Shown: positions 41,825-52,830 of the stretch, piece by piece
Position numbering within the stretch: position 1 is the stretch's first letter
Layout: every line of letters starts with the position of its first letter
Source: Vicugna vicugna
Taxonomy: Eukaryota
Assembly (NCBI GenBank): GCA_013265495.1
Contig: MU059902.1
Location: 1,612,001-1,676,000 of the forward strand
DNA: 64,000 nt
Direction: 5' to 3'
Position numbers and translations under genes: made by a program
Notes under the pieces: model-generated
The model's database searches: none
What the model was told of the DNA's origin: nothing
The model's input: the letters and a program-made list of their open reading frames with translations, nothing else

Positions 41825-42850
41825 GAAGTGATAACCCAACATTGACTCAACAACAAAGAAACAAACAACCTGATTCAGAAAACAGGCAAAGGACCTGACT
41901 GGACATTTCTCCAGTGACATACGAACGGCCAGCGAGCACATGAAAAGATGCTCAGCTTCACTGATCATTAGGGAGATGTCAATCAAAGCCATGACGAGAC
42001 ATCACTTCACGTCCATCAGGACCGCTACTATCATAAAACCAAAAACCAAGCCAACAAAAAGCCCAGAAGACAATAAGCTGGTAAGGATGCGGAGAAACTG
42101 GAACCTTTGTGCTGTGCTGGTGGGAATGTAAAATGGTGCAGCTGCTGTAAAAACAGTATGAAGTATCCTCAAAAATTTTTAAAAAACAGGATTATCATAT
42201 GACCCAGTAATCCTACTGCTGGCTATAGACCCAAAAGAACTGAAAGCAGGGTCTCCAAGAGAGATTTGCACACCCGCGTTTACAACAGCGTCATTCACAA
42301 CAGCCAAAGGTGGAAACAACACATGTCCATCAAAGGATGAATGGATAAGCAAAGTGTAGTCTGTAAAAGCAATGAAAGATTATTATTCAGTCTTAAAAAG
42401 GTAGGAATTCTAACACATGCTACAACATGGGTGAACCATCACGACATCCTACTCAGCGAAATAAGCCAGCCACAAAAACAAACACTGCTCGATTTCGCTC
42501 ACATGGGGTACTTGGAGTAGCCAAATTCATAGAGACAGAAAATAGAATGATGGTTGTCCAGGACTGTGGGGAGGAGAGACTGGGGAGTTATTATTTCATG
42601 GTTACAGCGTTTCAGTTTTACAAGATGAGAAGTGGACGGGTTGATACACACAAAAGTGGATGGGGCTACATAAACAGTGCGAAAGTACTTAATACCACAG
42701 AACTGTGCACTTAGAAATCATTAAGATGGGGGAAGGGTATAGCTCAGTGTAGAGCGCATGCTCAGCATGCATGAGGTCCTGGGTTCGATCCCCAGTGCCT
42801 CCATTAAAAAAAAAAGGGTTATGAAGATAAACTTAATGTGTATTTCAACA
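41825..42850 (+). mobile_element. L1 ORF2 C-terminus and 3'UTR fragment (L1M-type), interrupted by a SINE
   Basis: CACATGAAAAGATGCTCAGCTTCACTGATCATTAGGGAGATG and TGTCCATCAAAGGATGAATGGATAA; ORF 41940 reads MKRCSASLIIREM like L1 ORF2. Confidence 0.85.
42728..42815 (+). mobile_element. tRNA-Ala-derived SINE (camelid Vic-1-like)
   Basis: GGGTATAGCTCAGTGTAGAGCGCATGCTCAGCATGCATGAGGTCCTGGGTTCGATCCCCAGTGCCTCCA followed by a poly-A tail. Confidence 0.88.
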
Positions 42851-42894
42851 CAATTCTAGAAAAGGAAAAAGAAAGGTACACTACAAAAGAGTGC

Positions 42895-43385
42895 AAATCT
42901 TCCTGTCCTTACGATGGGATTACATTCTGGTAAACCCAGCCTAAACTGGAAATACTGGAAGTTGAAAATGCATGTAATACACCTAACCTACCAAACGGCA
43001 CAGCTGCGCCTCGCCTGCCTGGGATGCGCTCAGAACACACCCACCAGTCTACAGCTGGGCAAAATCATGGAACTCAAAGCCTACTGCACGGCCAGGTGTT
43101 GGCTGTCTCATGGCATTCATGGAACACGGTCCTGAAAGTGAAGGGCAGACCTGTCTGAGGGCAGGGTGGTCGGCAGGCTGGCTGGGGACCCTCGTCACAC
43201 TCGTGATTGCGGGCCGGCTGGGAGCCCAGCATCATGAGAGAGGACCCAACGGCATGTCTCTAGCCCAGGAGAAGATCAAAAACCAAAGCTGAAAGTAAAG
43301 CTTCTACTGAATGTGCACAGCTTCTGCAATACAGTAAAGGCAGAACAATCATTACGCCAAACCCATAAGCTGGGGGCCGTCTACA
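42895..43385 (+). mobile_element. TcMar-Tigger MER47/Tigger5-like element
   Basis: CTTACGATGGGATTAC...GTTGAAAATGCATGTAATACACCTAACCTACC...CAGCTGGGCAAAATCAT resembles MER47 as recalled. Confidence 0.65.
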
Positions 43386-44034
43386 GAAGATAAAAAAACG
43401 AATTCCTTCTTCCTACCCTCCAAACCCCTGCCTGGCTGAGACCCAGGCAGACGCCCCCTGAGCCCACATCCATCCAGGTGTGTAATTAGAGAGCCATGAA
43501 CAATGGCATTTTCTAGAAGAAGCGACTGAGGCTTGGGGAAGTCAAGCAGGTGCCCGAAGCCCCACAAAGAACAGGAGGAAAAGGCCCAAACCGGCTCCGG
43601 GTTGCAGCTCCGAGAGGCCCTGCATCTGGCTGCCGGGCACCCCCAGCCCGCCTCTTCACTCAGGTCCCGCCCACGGCTTGTGGCGTCTTTCCCTTGATTT
43701 GCAGAGATCTTCCCCCTCGCCGTTTTAAACGAGATTGTTTACTTCCACTATATTTTGTAACAAGATAAGTGTTTTATATGCAAACACTGCAAACACCAGA
43801 GGTATTGGTTTTCATGTAACACTTTGAAAACCAAACACCACACTGAATTCTCTTACTGTTTTGCAGTTAATTCTCTTGCAGGTTTCACATGTACAATCAC
43901 AGAGGCCACTGGGGATGGTTCTCACCCTCCACACCTGGTGTTTATTTCTACGTCTAATCACTTCGGCTCTGTGGGCTCGGTGCTCACTCCTGCCTCGTTC
44001 CTGACTTCCACGGGAACATTTCTCGTGTCTGGTA

Positions 44035-44170
44035 NNNNNNNNNNNNNNNNNNNNNNNNNNNNNNNNNNNNNNNNNNNNNNNNNNNNNNNNNNNNNNNNNN
44101 NNNNNNNNNNNNNNNNNNNNNNNNNNNNNNNNNNNNNNNNNNNNNNNNNNNNNNNNNNNNNNNNNNNNNN
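44035..44170. other. Assembly gap (136 N)
   Basis: Run of N. Confidence 1.
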
Positions 44171-44750
44171 CTAAAATGGATTGTAACCCTAATAAACACA
44201 CATGTAATACACAATCATTCTCAGATACGTGCAGAATGCAAACATTTTCAGTCACTCAACACGCATGGTCCCGGCTGAGGTTTTGCACAGTGATGTTCTG
44301 CCTTCTTGTTCCAACTCTCACACTGTAAACAACCATCCCTTTTTGCAGTCTACATGGTGCGACATTTTTGCACTTTTGTGCTTGTTTGGGGTGACATCGC
44401 TGTTTAAAATGGCCCCCAAGTGTGGTGCCGACAGACCAACCCCCAGGAGCCCGTGATGTGCCTTAAGGGGAAAAAACGCGAGTCAGATGAGCTGTGTTCA
44501 GGCTCGAGTTATAGTCCTGTTGGCTGTGAGTTCAACAGTAACGGGTCAGTGACATACACTAAATAAGGCGTCTCTAAGCAGAAACACACCAAACAAGGTC
44601 ACGTGCTGATCGGGGGGTGAAAGCGATGCAACCAGACACTTGCAGGAACCTGACTCTGGACGTCTCCGAGGGGCCACGACGGGGTTGGCTAATTCAGGGC
44701 CCCCGGGGACTCTAGACTGTCTACAAAAGTAACGAGACGCAACTATGTAT
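44171..44750 (-). mobile_element. TcMar-Tigger element (MER82-like)
   Basis: TGTTTAAAATGGCCCCCAAG...GTGATGTGCCTT...TAAATAAGGCGTCTCTAAGCAGAAACACAC; subfamily name from memory. Confidence 0.55.
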
Positions 44751-44819
44751 AACCTACATGTGGTTATACACACACAGAGTTACATGCACACATATATACA
44801 CATATATACATTACATATG

Positions 44820-44947
44820 NNNNNNNNNNNNNNNNNNNNNNNNNNNNNNNNNNNNNNNNNNNNNNNNNNNNNNNNNNNNNNNNNNNNNNNNNNNNNNNNN
44901 NNNNNNNNNNNNNNNNNNNNNNNNNNNNNNNNNNNNNNNNNNNNNNN
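44820..44947. other. Assembly gap (128 N), adjacent to a TA/CA microsatellite at 44766-44819
   Basis: Run of N. Confidence 1.
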
Positions 44948-45025
44948 ATCGTTTAGACAGGCACTTTCAATCACGTCGGTGTTCACCTACAGCCTTGAAG
45001 TTCGCCCCTGCTGACCAAGCCTTAC

Positions 45026-45250
45026 CTGCCAGGAGGGCGTGGATGTTCAGGCCGCGGTCCTGGTCGGTGGGGCTGCACACGTCCATCATGTAGGCGTGGC
45101 TGGGGTTGTCGGCCGAGTCGGCACTGAAGTCCATCAGCACGACGCCGCACACAGTGAAGAGGATGCCCCACTTGTGGTCACTGGCCGTGTCAGCCAGCGC
45201 CGTGCCGATGTCCCTGCCGTTGAGCAGGAGGGAGAGGCCCAGCAACGCCC
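45026..45250 (-). CDS. SLC45A1: SLC45A1 coding exon ([14 protein letters not shown]...NIHALLAG), 225 nt
   Basis: CCCCAG| acceptor, G|GTAAGG donor; [17 protein letters not shown] motif. Confidence 0.97.
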
Positions 45251-45399
45251 CTGGGGACGGAGAACCAAGTCACCTGAGGAGACGCAGACCCGCTGTCCCC
45301 GGCGGCCACCACTTCAGGCTAGAATCTTTAGGGCCCCGAGAATTCCTTTGTAATCAAACCTCAAGCAGAGCCTGTTGGAAAAGCCACATGCAGACTCCC

Positions 45400-45420
45400 T
45401 ATATATATATATATATATAT
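45400..45420. repeat. (TA)n microsatellite
   Basis: Read directly. Confidence 0.95.
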
Positions 45421-45675
45421 TTTTGATGCTCAGATCAGAGTTTTTATTTTACTAAGCAGAGCAGGGATGACATAGATTTTATTAAGTGATTTTTAAAAAA
45501 TGATCAAAGTGAGCTATTTTCACAGTGAACTCGGGCCAGGCTACAGGGTGCTCCCCATGCCAGTGAAATGATCTGGGTAACTGTTTTGGTCAACACTCTT
45601 TGAAATTTTCCTAAGAGGAAGCAGTTGGGGCCTTTTTGCCTTCTCTCTTTATTTATTTATTTATTTTTCCGTTTT

Positions 45676-45823
45676 NNNNNNNNNNNNNNNNNNNNNNNNN
45701 NNNNNNNNNNNNNNNNNNNNNNNNNNNNNNNNNNNNNNNNNNNNNNNNNNNNNNNNNNNNNNNNNNNNNNNNNNNNNNNNNNNNNNNNNNNNNNNNNNNN
45801 NNNNNNNNNNNNNNNNNNNNNNN
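45676..45823. other. Assembly gap (148 N)
   Basis: Run of N. Confidence 1.
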
Positions 45824-46298
45824 GGTCCCCCCGGGACACGGGGGCCAGCACTGAGCATCATCAGATTCCTGAAACATCTGCACTCAGACGTCCCCAGGGC
45901 ATCAGAAGAACATGGTGATGAAACTCGAGATTCAGCACCAAAACCCTAAGCCAGAAAATGAAAGCTAAACAGACTCTTGGAATCACTCAGCTTCTCCTTA
46001 GGTTTTATACTGAGGCTCCTGTAAGGCATGAAGCAGCCATGACCTTTCTGGGAACCCAAGAAACCCCAGGGCTGTGTTGCATGGACCCGCTAACCACAGC
46101 TTGGCACAGGACAGCGGAGTGCTCGGGGTCTGCTGAGCTCCGGGCCTGCAGCCTGGTGCAGACAAACTCACTTGAAATACAGGGTCTGACCGGCCGTATC
46201 TGTGCTTTCCTACAAGTCCATGCCGATGAGGGGACGGACCCCGGGGGACCCTTCTGGAGGCCGGCAGCTGGGGAGGGGTCGCCGGGGGGGGTGCTCAC

Positions 46299-46695
46299 CG
46301 AGGATGGGGCTGACGAACCACACCAGGCTGTAGAGCTGGTCGGGCAGGCCCATTTGCAGGAGCACCGGCGTCACGTACGCCGTCTCCATGGCGTAGCTGA
46401 ACTCGATGCCGAAGAGGATGCAGCCGTTGAAGAGCAGCTCCCGGAAGGACCGCTGCGGGTGCAGGTCCCCGAAGTCCACCAGCTCGATCGGACACGGGGT
46501 GTTGGGGGGCGGGGGCGGCGAGGGCCGGATGCACTTCCTCCTCTTGGGGTGGCGTTTGAAGTTGTTGGCCCGGTGGCTGATGTGCTGGGTCACGGACCCC
46601 GCGTAGCCGGCGAAGGGAGGCTTCCAGAAGTCCTGAGGGGCCAATGCGGGGAAGAGGGCCTCTCCCGGGGGGGCGCTGCTCGCCGCGGGGATCAT
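46299..46695 (-). CDS. SLC45A1: SLC45A1 first annotated coding exon ([10 protein letters not shown]...WFVSPILG), 397 coding nt; the exon extends 5' to 46719 or 46722
   Basis: ATG at 46695-46693 with A at -3; [33 protein letters not shown] motif typical of SLC45; G|GTGAGC donor; CCCAGCAG acceptor 24 nt upstream of the ATG. Confidence 0.97.
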
Positions 46696-48094
46696 CGTAG
46701 GGGGCGCCGCTGGGTGCTCCTGCTGGGAGAGCCCGGGGGCGGGGGGTCACCGCCGGGGCCTACGCCACCGGAGCGCATCTTCCCCGGGTGGCTCCCCTGC
46801 CTCCACGAGGGGAAGGGGTCTCTGAGCAGCCGGGGCCCTCGGCGGGAACCCCGAGCCCCCAGAGTGGAGCCTGCGGCGTGGATGGTGTTGCTGGGCCTCT
46901 CTTTCACGTCGGAGCAGCTCACCCGCCCAGGGAGACTGGAGCCTGGTACCCTCTCCCTCCTCCGAAAGGGGGCTGCATTCTTCAGGTCCCCACATTGAGA
47001 CGCAAAGAGACGGTTCCCCAGACAGGCTCTGCCAGGAGGGCCCCGCAAAGCACCACGAGGAGTAGGAGCCACCAAGAGCCCTGTAGCTGCTCCCAGGCCC
47101 TGAAGGACGCCAGGCTATTTCAGGACCTGCGGCCCATTTCCAGGGCTAATTTTGCCCTTCCTTGCAGGCCCCAGGGGAGCCGGGGGTTGGGGGGACCAGG
47201 CATGGGACAGGACCCACAGCACCCTGAGTGCTTGTGTGCAGCCAGGGGACAGCCCTTCCTTCTCAGGATGGAGAGTCACAGGGGTCACCCTCCCTAACAT
47301 GTGCGTTTACTCCGCCTGGCCCTAGGCCAGGGGGAGGGGTCTGAGCCTAAAAGCAGCTGAATGAGTTTAACTCAAGTCCTTTCCTTACAGCATCACCTGG
47401 ATAAATGCATTTTCTCAGTCGAGTCTCTTTAAAGAAATATACCAAGCTCCCTGAATCCTGCTTGTCACAGACAACATGCTGAATAGGGATACTGCTCACA
47501 AATTCAAAAAAAAAAAAAAAGTGAGGGCCAAAAAGAACCAGGGAGGAGTGAGAAATAGATTTCTTCCATCCTCAAATCATTTATTTGGGCAATTTTCGCA
47601 ACGCTGTCACCCTGGGGAGGGAATTAGCAGGTGCCCAGGCCTTCCCAGACTCTCCCCACACCCTCTGTCCCCTACCCCCTGGGGTCTGCAATCTGTGCCT
47701 CTCGGAGACCTGCCCCTGGGCATCCAACTGTTTTCACTGCTTAGAAATTAATCTATATTATAAATATTAAAGGAGTGGACTCTAGCATGTTGGCCTGTGC
47801 ATTTTAGCCAAGGTCAGTTTTACTAAGCACAGGAAGAGGAAAGCTCCTAAGATCAGAGGGAACGACACAGACCAAACACAAGCGGGGAAGCTCTGGGCTT
47901 GGGTTTGATCTCTGACCTCGCCCACCCCATGTGCCTACAGAAAACTGACGGCCTAAGTTTCCTATGCAGTCCGTCCTGAGAAGCAGACTCCAGACCTGAG
48001 CTGACGGTCCCAGCATTGACAGGTTTTCCTACAAGAATACCTGTTATGTACCAAGATCAGTGGTAGAGGCTTCCTTTCAGAACTAGTTTTTAAG

Positions 48095-48228
48095 GGGGAA
48101 GGTATAGCTCATGTGGTAGAGTTTATGCTTAGCATGCATGTGGTCCTGGGTTCAAGTCCCAGTACGCCCTCTAAGAATAAATAAATAAACCTAATTACCT
48201 ACCCTGACTGAAAACAAATTAAAAAAAT
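48095..48228 (+). mobile_element. tRNA-Ala-derived SINE, longer form, with an 11-bp target-site duplication
   Basis: tRNA-like head, AATAAATAAATAAACCTAATTACCT tail; TAGTTTTTAAG at 48084-48094 and 48229-48239. Confidence 0.88.
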
Positions 48229-48476
48229 TAGTTTTTAAGCTTTAAGAATGAGACCCTTATTTCTGACACTAACTTACCATGACTGCCCTCCATCGCATTA
48301 TTGCTAGTCAATAGCTTCTTTATGAATCACTCTGAAATTCCTCATCACTCCAGATTTGCATCCCAAACTCCCTCACCAGCCTACCCACTCAGGGATGGTC
48401 TTCCTTCTCTTCAGAAGACATCAGTGGTAGAAATGATTTACTTTAGGGATGTGCCAGCAGGATTTAGAATCCACTG

Positions 48477-48650
48477 ATCCATCCATCCACCCACCCACTC
48501 ATCCACCCATCCATCCACATCCACATATCCATCCGTCCACTTACATATTCACCCACCCATCCTCTAATCTACCCATCTACCCACCCACTCTTCCAAATAT
48601 CCATCCATCCATTTATCCATCCACTCCCCCTCCTACCCACCCATCCTCCT
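48477..48650. repeat. Degenerate (CCAT/CCAC)n repeat
   Basis: Read directly. Confidence 0.85.
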
Positions 48651-51029
48651 ATGTGGCTGATTACTGAGAACTAAGATCCTGAGTTTATAGAGAGAAAGGA
48701 AAATTCTTGACCTTGAGTGAGGTGAAACTGTGGAGGAAAGGCATTCTTAGCAGCGGGAGCCACCCATGTAGAGGAGCGATGGGTAACAGCTGGGCATAAT
48801 GGCGGTGTGGTGGGGAGAGATGAACCCATCAGGAAGGGATTAGCTGATCAGGAAGACTTGATAAGAGATGGATTTCACACCGAGATGCCAGGGGTTGACA
48901 TAACCAGAGAACCAGTCTGCTCTCACTTCTATAAAAGGCTCATCTTGTGACTCAGAAAAATCCCATGCTCACCTCCAGAACAAGAGCAGGCGTTCCTAAG
49001 AACTATGCGGACAAGTAGCACTTCATTAAACACATAGTTCATTTATGAAGATTAAATCAAAAATTGAAAAAAAAATTGGCTAAGCATCTTGTTTATATAC
49101 CTCTTGGGTCTAGTGCAGGCCCTTGTAAATAGTAAACACACCAGAAAAATTGGCTGGTCTTGCCTTCATAAACCCAGGTGGTTGTCAGCAGTCCCTGGAG
49201 CTTCACTCATTACGATCACACAAATAGAGGACCTGCTGGAACACCAAAGAATGACTGTCTCCTTAAAAGTCAGAAGGAAGACCTTCAGCACAGGTGTGTT
49301 GGAGAGTTTGACCCGACTCTACCTGTCTGGTCACAGCCCCACCTGTGCCCCCGTGGCTAAGTCTCCCTCTGCCTCTCTACCTGCCCCTTCAGGCACACAA
49401 CGCCTCTCTTTCCCATTAGCACTTTACCCTCATAAAATGAACTTAAGGGCACATCCATTAGAAATCTTCCCTTTCATTTTGGAATGAAGAGCCATGGGCC
49501 CAGTGTGGAAGAATTTCAGCCTTCAACAGCACAGGGTGGAAGTGTATTTTTGAAAAGGGGAGCCTTCCAGACCCGACTTAAAAGGGGCACGTAAACAGCT
49601 CATGTCTCTACCTGAGATGAGACCATTTCACCGCCACCTGCCCACTACCCCCAGCTTGAAAACACAGCCTGCAGCCTGTCCTCACAAAAGTGAGACCCTC
49701 TCACCCCCATCCTACCTCCCCTCTCCCACATCTAAACCAGAATTAAACCTGAGCTAGCACAGTCTTCACTAAGGGTTCACCTTCACGTTTGGGGATCAGC
49801 ATTACCACTTTTATTTAAAAATACATCTATTAAAAGCTACTCATGGATGTTTATTCTAAGGACTGTACAGTTTTGAAGGTTATAAAACCTGAAAGTGAAA
49901 TTTAAAATACTAACATAGAATTTTCATACACGAATACAAATATTCACTAGACCATCTTCATCACACTATATTACCATTTACTTAGCCCCCCAAAATACGT
50001 GCATGTTCTTGGACCCCCTAAAGTTTATATGCTGGGCCCACTGTGCTTCCAGAATACAGAGAATGTTTCAAGTAATAAATCCCTCAAATTGTGTTATGAG
50101 ATGATTAAGTAGCAAATGATTAATAGAAATAAACAATGCCCATGTAATTTGAATGCTTAAAATTACCCTACTCTGAGCTCAGATCATTTCCTCATTTCTC
50201 CTCTTCTCTGTCTGAAACCAGGCTCCCACCATGAGAGTCACATGGGGCCACAGCCCTCCCCCACCCTTCCTTCTACCAAGTCTCAAAGTTAATACTTCAA
50301 AGAAATCTTCCCAGACCATTAAAGAGCTCTGTGGACTCAAAGGGATGTATTTGCTAGTTACTAAATTGTGGGCCACTTCTGATTCGTGGCAATCCGGCCC
50401 CTACCTGACAACCAATTGATTCCAAAAGCCCTGATTCGACCCTTAATGAATCTGAGTTTCATTAGCACCCGGGTCTACTTCCCTATAAAAGCTGAACAAC
50501 ATAAACATTTTGGTAACCCCAGAAATGACTTGAGAAGTTTTTTCTTGTCAAGGACAGAGTGAACCAAATTGCTATAACCCTCCTGTTTCAACCTCAGCAT
50601 GTTACCCTTGGCAAGGAAGCACAAATCCTCCGTGCTCATCATAAAGTTAATCCTGGGATGCTCAGGGAGGTTACACCGGGGCCGCTGGCCATCCAGAGCG
50701 TTCCACCTCCCGCAAGAGGTGAACCGGAAGCTGATGACACCTGCCCAGGTGACCTGGGAACTGGCCTCCAGCACCCATAAGCACAGCGTAAGCCTGGGGC
50801 AAATTCCAGCGTTTGCTCTCTTTCCTAGCAAAGGTGAAATAAACCTGTCACCCAACTGCTACCCTGCTCTGGGCGGGAGAATTCTGCACTCAGGGGGCAA
50901 GATGGGGGTCTCCGTTTACAGTTCAATTAATTAGACATTCAGGAAGAACAAAGGTCTCCGTGCCAACCTCCAGTCCCAGCCTGGGCACTCCGATTACCCT
51001 GGGGCCTAAGCCGCGGCGCTCCCAGCACA

Positions 51030-51380
51030 AAGCAAGGCAGCTGTGCGGAGGGCGCAGGAGGAAATGGAAGTACCTGTGGTTCGAGCCAGGAGGCATCCCT
51101 TTCCGAGGCCGGGCTCCTGTCAGCCCCGTGCGCAGCTCGGGTCCCGGCCCCGCCGCCCCCGGCCCGCCGCTGCTGCTGCAGCATCACCCCGCGGGGCGGG
51201 GCCGTGACGTCATGGCTGCATCTTCGCCGCCCGCGGCCGGTACCCGCAGAGCATCCTTAAAGCGGCACCGCCCGGCCACCGCGGCGGCCGCGGAGGCGGC
51301 GCCGGACCCCAAGCAGGGCCCCCACCCCTCGCCAGCCGCTCATCCTCCCGAAGTTTAAAGGCCGGCAGGGTCTGCAACGA
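51030..51380 (-). promoter_or_regulatory. SLC45A1: CpG-island promoter and probable first exon of SLC45A1
   Basis: Dense CpG block ~4.4 kb upstream of the first coding exon; GC box GGGGCGGGGC at 51193-51202, CRE TGACGTCA at 51205-51212, donor CAG|GTACTT at 51074/51073. Confidence 0.75.
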
Positions 51381-51639
51381 AAGCTCCAGAAACAAGCCCC
51401 CTATGACTTCCGTGGGCTGAGGCATTCTTGCCTTGGCCGGCCTCTTTTTCCTTTAAAAAAAGAAATAAGATTTTATTTTACAGCTGTGTTGGTTTAAAGA
51501 TGAATATATTAATAGTATATATTAAAACATTTCCCTTGACCTAAGAATTCCCCCTTTTCCCCTTTGGATTTTAAAAGAAATGAACCCATTTCCGTGGATC
51601 CTTAAAAGCATTGTGTGGTCCAGACACTGCCCACTGCAT

Positions 51640-52830
51640 AGAATGGTTAAGTTGGCTCCGCCTAGAAACATTGTTGGGGATATGGCAGTGAACAAACAGA
51701 CAAAAGTTCCTGGCCCTGTGGCATGACGTTGTAGAGAGGGAGAAACACATTAAATGAGACGAATAACATAAATGTGTGTTAGAAGACAGTCACCCCCAGA
51801 GAAGGGGCTTAGGGAGTGCGGGCCTGAGGAGAGGTGGTGTTGCTGTTCACATAGGGCTGTTAATGAGTCCTCACCTAGAAGATGACATTTGAAGACTTGG
51901 ACGAGGTGAGGGAGCTAGCTGTGCTGATGTCTGCGGGAAGGTCATGACAGGCAGCGGGAAGAGCAAGTGCAAAGGTCCTGGGGTAGGAGCTGGGTTGAGT
52001 CAAATAATGACGGAGTAAATACAGCTTGTAGTGAAATTACAGTGCAGAAAGTGCTCCTGGGGGAGACAAGTGGCCCTATGAACATTTCTAACAGGGGGAT
52101 TTGACCTCAATGGGAGGGTCGGGTGACCTTGAGGAAGTGACACTGGAGAGGTCATTAATGCTGAGTAGGGAGGGCAGCGTGTTCCAGACAGAGGGGTCAG
52201 CATGTCCAGAGACCTTGTGACAGGAGCAAGCAGGGTAAGTACAGAAATGAAGGGAGGCCAGTGGGGTTGGAATGCAGAGGTCAGTGGGAGTGGGCTGGGG
52301 GTGGCAGGTTGGGCCAAGCCTGTGAGCCTCGTGGACGGCTGTCATTTTCTAAGAGTAAGGAGACACTTAGATGGATCCCGTGCGGCAGAGTGGGTGACAT
52401 AAATCACGCTCAAACTTTGCAAAGATTGTGTAGCTCAGAGCAGAAAACGAATTACAAGGGATTAGAAGGACCAGGTAGCTACCCCAGGTGGGCGCTTACA
52501 GAACTGCCCAGCTGGGGGAGGATGGGGTGATGGTGGAGGGACGGAGGCGGTGGATTGGTGAGGCATTTGGGGTTAAAACCCACAGGGCTTGGTGACAGTT
52601 TGAAAGTGGGGGGTATGGGAAGGAGGGAGGGGTGGGTCAAGAAGTTTCCAGCTTGAGCACCTGGGTGAAGGCGAGGAGAGCAGGCGGGCTGGTGGGGTGT
52701 CACAGGTTGGCTTTGGGACAGGATGAGTTCTAGGGATGTTTCAGGCGCAGAGACCATTAGAGATGGGCTTCTGGAGCTCAGAGATGATCGTTGGCGAGTC
52801 ATTTGCCCACAGAAAGCCAAACTGTGGACA
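51640..52830 (-). mobile_element. L2 LINE fragments
   Basis: GGGGATATGGCAGTGAACAAACAGACAAAAGTTCCTGGCCCT, GAAGATGACATTTGAA, GCAAGTGCAAAGGTCCTGGGGTAGGAG. Confidence 0.7.

Noticed and set aside
42733-42803. Possible genuine tRNA-Ala gene
   Set aside because: It has a genomic CCA and poly-A tail, a D-loop deletion and an anticodon-loop substitution, sits inside an L1, and has related degenerate copies nearby; it is a SINE.
45958-46998. 346-aa plus-strand ORF
   Set aside because: Antisense to the CpG-rich first coding exon of SLC45A1; explained by low stop-codon frequency.
50484-50490. TATAAAA box in SLC45A1 intron 1
   Set aside because: Isolated motif on the strand opposite SLC45A1 with no other promoter evidence.
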